Source: Patescibacteria group bacterium | GTDB taxonomy: Bacteria; Patescibacteriota; Patescibacteriia; Patescibacteriales; BS150m-G62 | Direction of reading: 5' to 3' | DNA: 64,000 nt | Assembly (NCBI GenBank): GCA_016784175.1 | Contig: JADHVC010000002.1 | Coordinates: forward strand, 330-64,329 | Shown here: piece after piece, positions 63,216-64,000 of the stretch | Layout of the letters: each line of letters starts with the position of its first letter | Position numbering within the stretch: position 1 is the stretch's first letter | Program-made: the position numbers and the translations under genes | The notes under the pieces: generated by a model | The model's database searches: none | The model's input: the letters and a program-made list of their open reading frames with translations, nothing else | What the model was told of the DNA's origin: nothing

Positions 63216-63217
63216 CT

Positions 63218-64000
63218 ATGCAAGATTTTTTTATAATTAAAATACTGCTTTTAACAACCTTGTCGTTTATTTTTACTATTTTGTGGACACCGTTACTAAC
63301 TCATTTTTTGTATAAATATAAGGTTGGGAAGCAAATTAGAAATACTGGAGTAACACCTCTATTTTCCAAAATGCATGCTAAAAAACAAGGTACCCCAACT
63401 ATGGGCGGATTGCTTGTGTGGGTGACAGTGTTAATATTTAGTTTTTTGTTTTTTTATTTAGCAAAATTTTTTCCTGATACTATTCTCGAGCAACTAAACT
63501 TTTTATCAAGAAAAGAGACATTCCTCCCTTTGGGCGTATTGGTCGCAACTGCTATTGTTGGACTTGTTGATGATTGGGTCGACTTAAAAGGAGATAAAAA
63601 AGGCGGATTTGGTGTGGCACGAAGATTGTTTATTTATTCATGCATAGCTTTTATAGGTGCTTATTGGTTTTATTATAAATTGGATTGGGATTTATTTCAT
63701 ATTCCATTTGTTGGGAGTATTGAATTGGGAGCATGGTATATTCTTGTTTTCCTGTTTGTTATTGTTGCTAGTGCCTTTTCTGTTAATGAAACAGATGGTT
63801 TAGATGGATTGGCGGGTGGTGCTTTATTGACCTCATATTCTGCTTATGGAGTTATTGCTTTTTCTATGGGGAAGTATGATCTAGCTACATTTTGCGGAGT
63901 TCTTGTGGGTGCACTTCTTGCTTTTTTATGGTTTAATATTAATCCAGCTCGTTTTTTTATGGGAGATACTGGAGCAATGAGTATGGGTATAACTCTTGGT
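63218..64000 (+). CDS. mraY: Phospho-N-acetylmuramoyl-pentapeptide transferase (3' end outside window)
   Basis: Not in the supplied ORF track because it has no stop in the window. ATG at 63218. The translation contains KQGTPTMGGL, NETDGLDGLAGG and NPARFFMGDTGAMSMG, the MraY signatures. The frame is open for 261 codons to the window edge. Confidence 0.9.
   Translation, partial: MQDFFIIKILLLTTLSFIFTILWTPLLTHFLYKYKVGKQIRNTGVTPLFSKMHAKKQGTPTMGGLLVWVTVLIFSFLFFYLAKFFPDTILEQLNFLSRKETFLPLGVLVATAIVGLVDDWVDLKGDKKGGFGVARRLFIYSCIAFIGAYWFYYKLDWDLFHIPFVGSIELGAWYILVFLFVIVASAFSVNETDGLDGLAGGALLTSYSAYGVIAFSMGKYDLATFCGVLVGALLAFLWFNINPARFFMGDTGAMSMGITLG

Noticed and set aside
1-64000. Alternative genetic code (UGA or UAG reassignment), as seen in some candidate phyla.
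   Set aside because: Long ORFs terminate cleanly at TGA, TAA and TAG. RF2 is encoded, and no conserved domain is interrupted by an in-frame stop, apart from the single frameshift at 38.7 kb.

Overview
Gene-dense bacterial chromosomal window with low GC (about 33-35 % in hand counts of sample 60-nt lines). The genetic code looks standard: TGA, TAA and TAG all end long ORFs, and RF2 is encoded. Most genes lack a Shine-Dalgarno (SD) sequence. The gene content suggests a CPR/Patescibacteria-like organism: DUF4012- and DUF5667-like proteins, a PrgI+VirB4 cluster, giant surface proteins and very little metabolism. That taxonomic call is inference only.

Layout:
- 1-2 kb: Cys-rich and Ca-binding-repeat surface proteins.
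- 2.2-8.9 kb: co-directional minimal T4SS-like cluster (PrgI/VirB3-like, split VirB4 ATPase, VirB8-like candidate) ending in comFC.
- 9.5-10.6 kb: prfB.
- 10.8-13.3 kb: GC-elevated, SD-bearing four-gene operon headed by a small J-domain protein.
- 13.6-17.1 kb: dnaE.
- 17.3-26.0 kb: a 2901-aa surface protein.
- 26.3-31.4 kb: sugar epimerase, histidine kinase, HTH protein, ECF sigma factor, DUF5667-like protein and a methyltransferase.
- 31.8-38 kb: a Cys-free 1257-aa S-layer-like protein and a CARDB/FN3 protein.
- 38.1-39.0 kb: a frameshifted PP2C-like gene.
- 39-60 kb: an envelope-glycan locus (two O-antigen-ligase-like proteins, four glycosyltransferases, radical SAM/SPASM, Wzz-like, DUF4012-like). 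It is interrupted by a purC-purE island and a roughly 47 % GC secreted-protein gene.
- 60-64 kb: Nfu-like protein, cysteine desulfurase, a degenerate PilB/GspE-like protein and mraY.

The most striking feature not explained by the genes is a family of ~189-bp GTAA-terminated foldback elements. There are 9 full copies and 6 fragments, sitting at most operon boundaries. Several copies have 8-bp flanking direct repeats, so I read them as MITEs.

No rRNA, tRNA, CRISPR array, transposase or integrase was seen.
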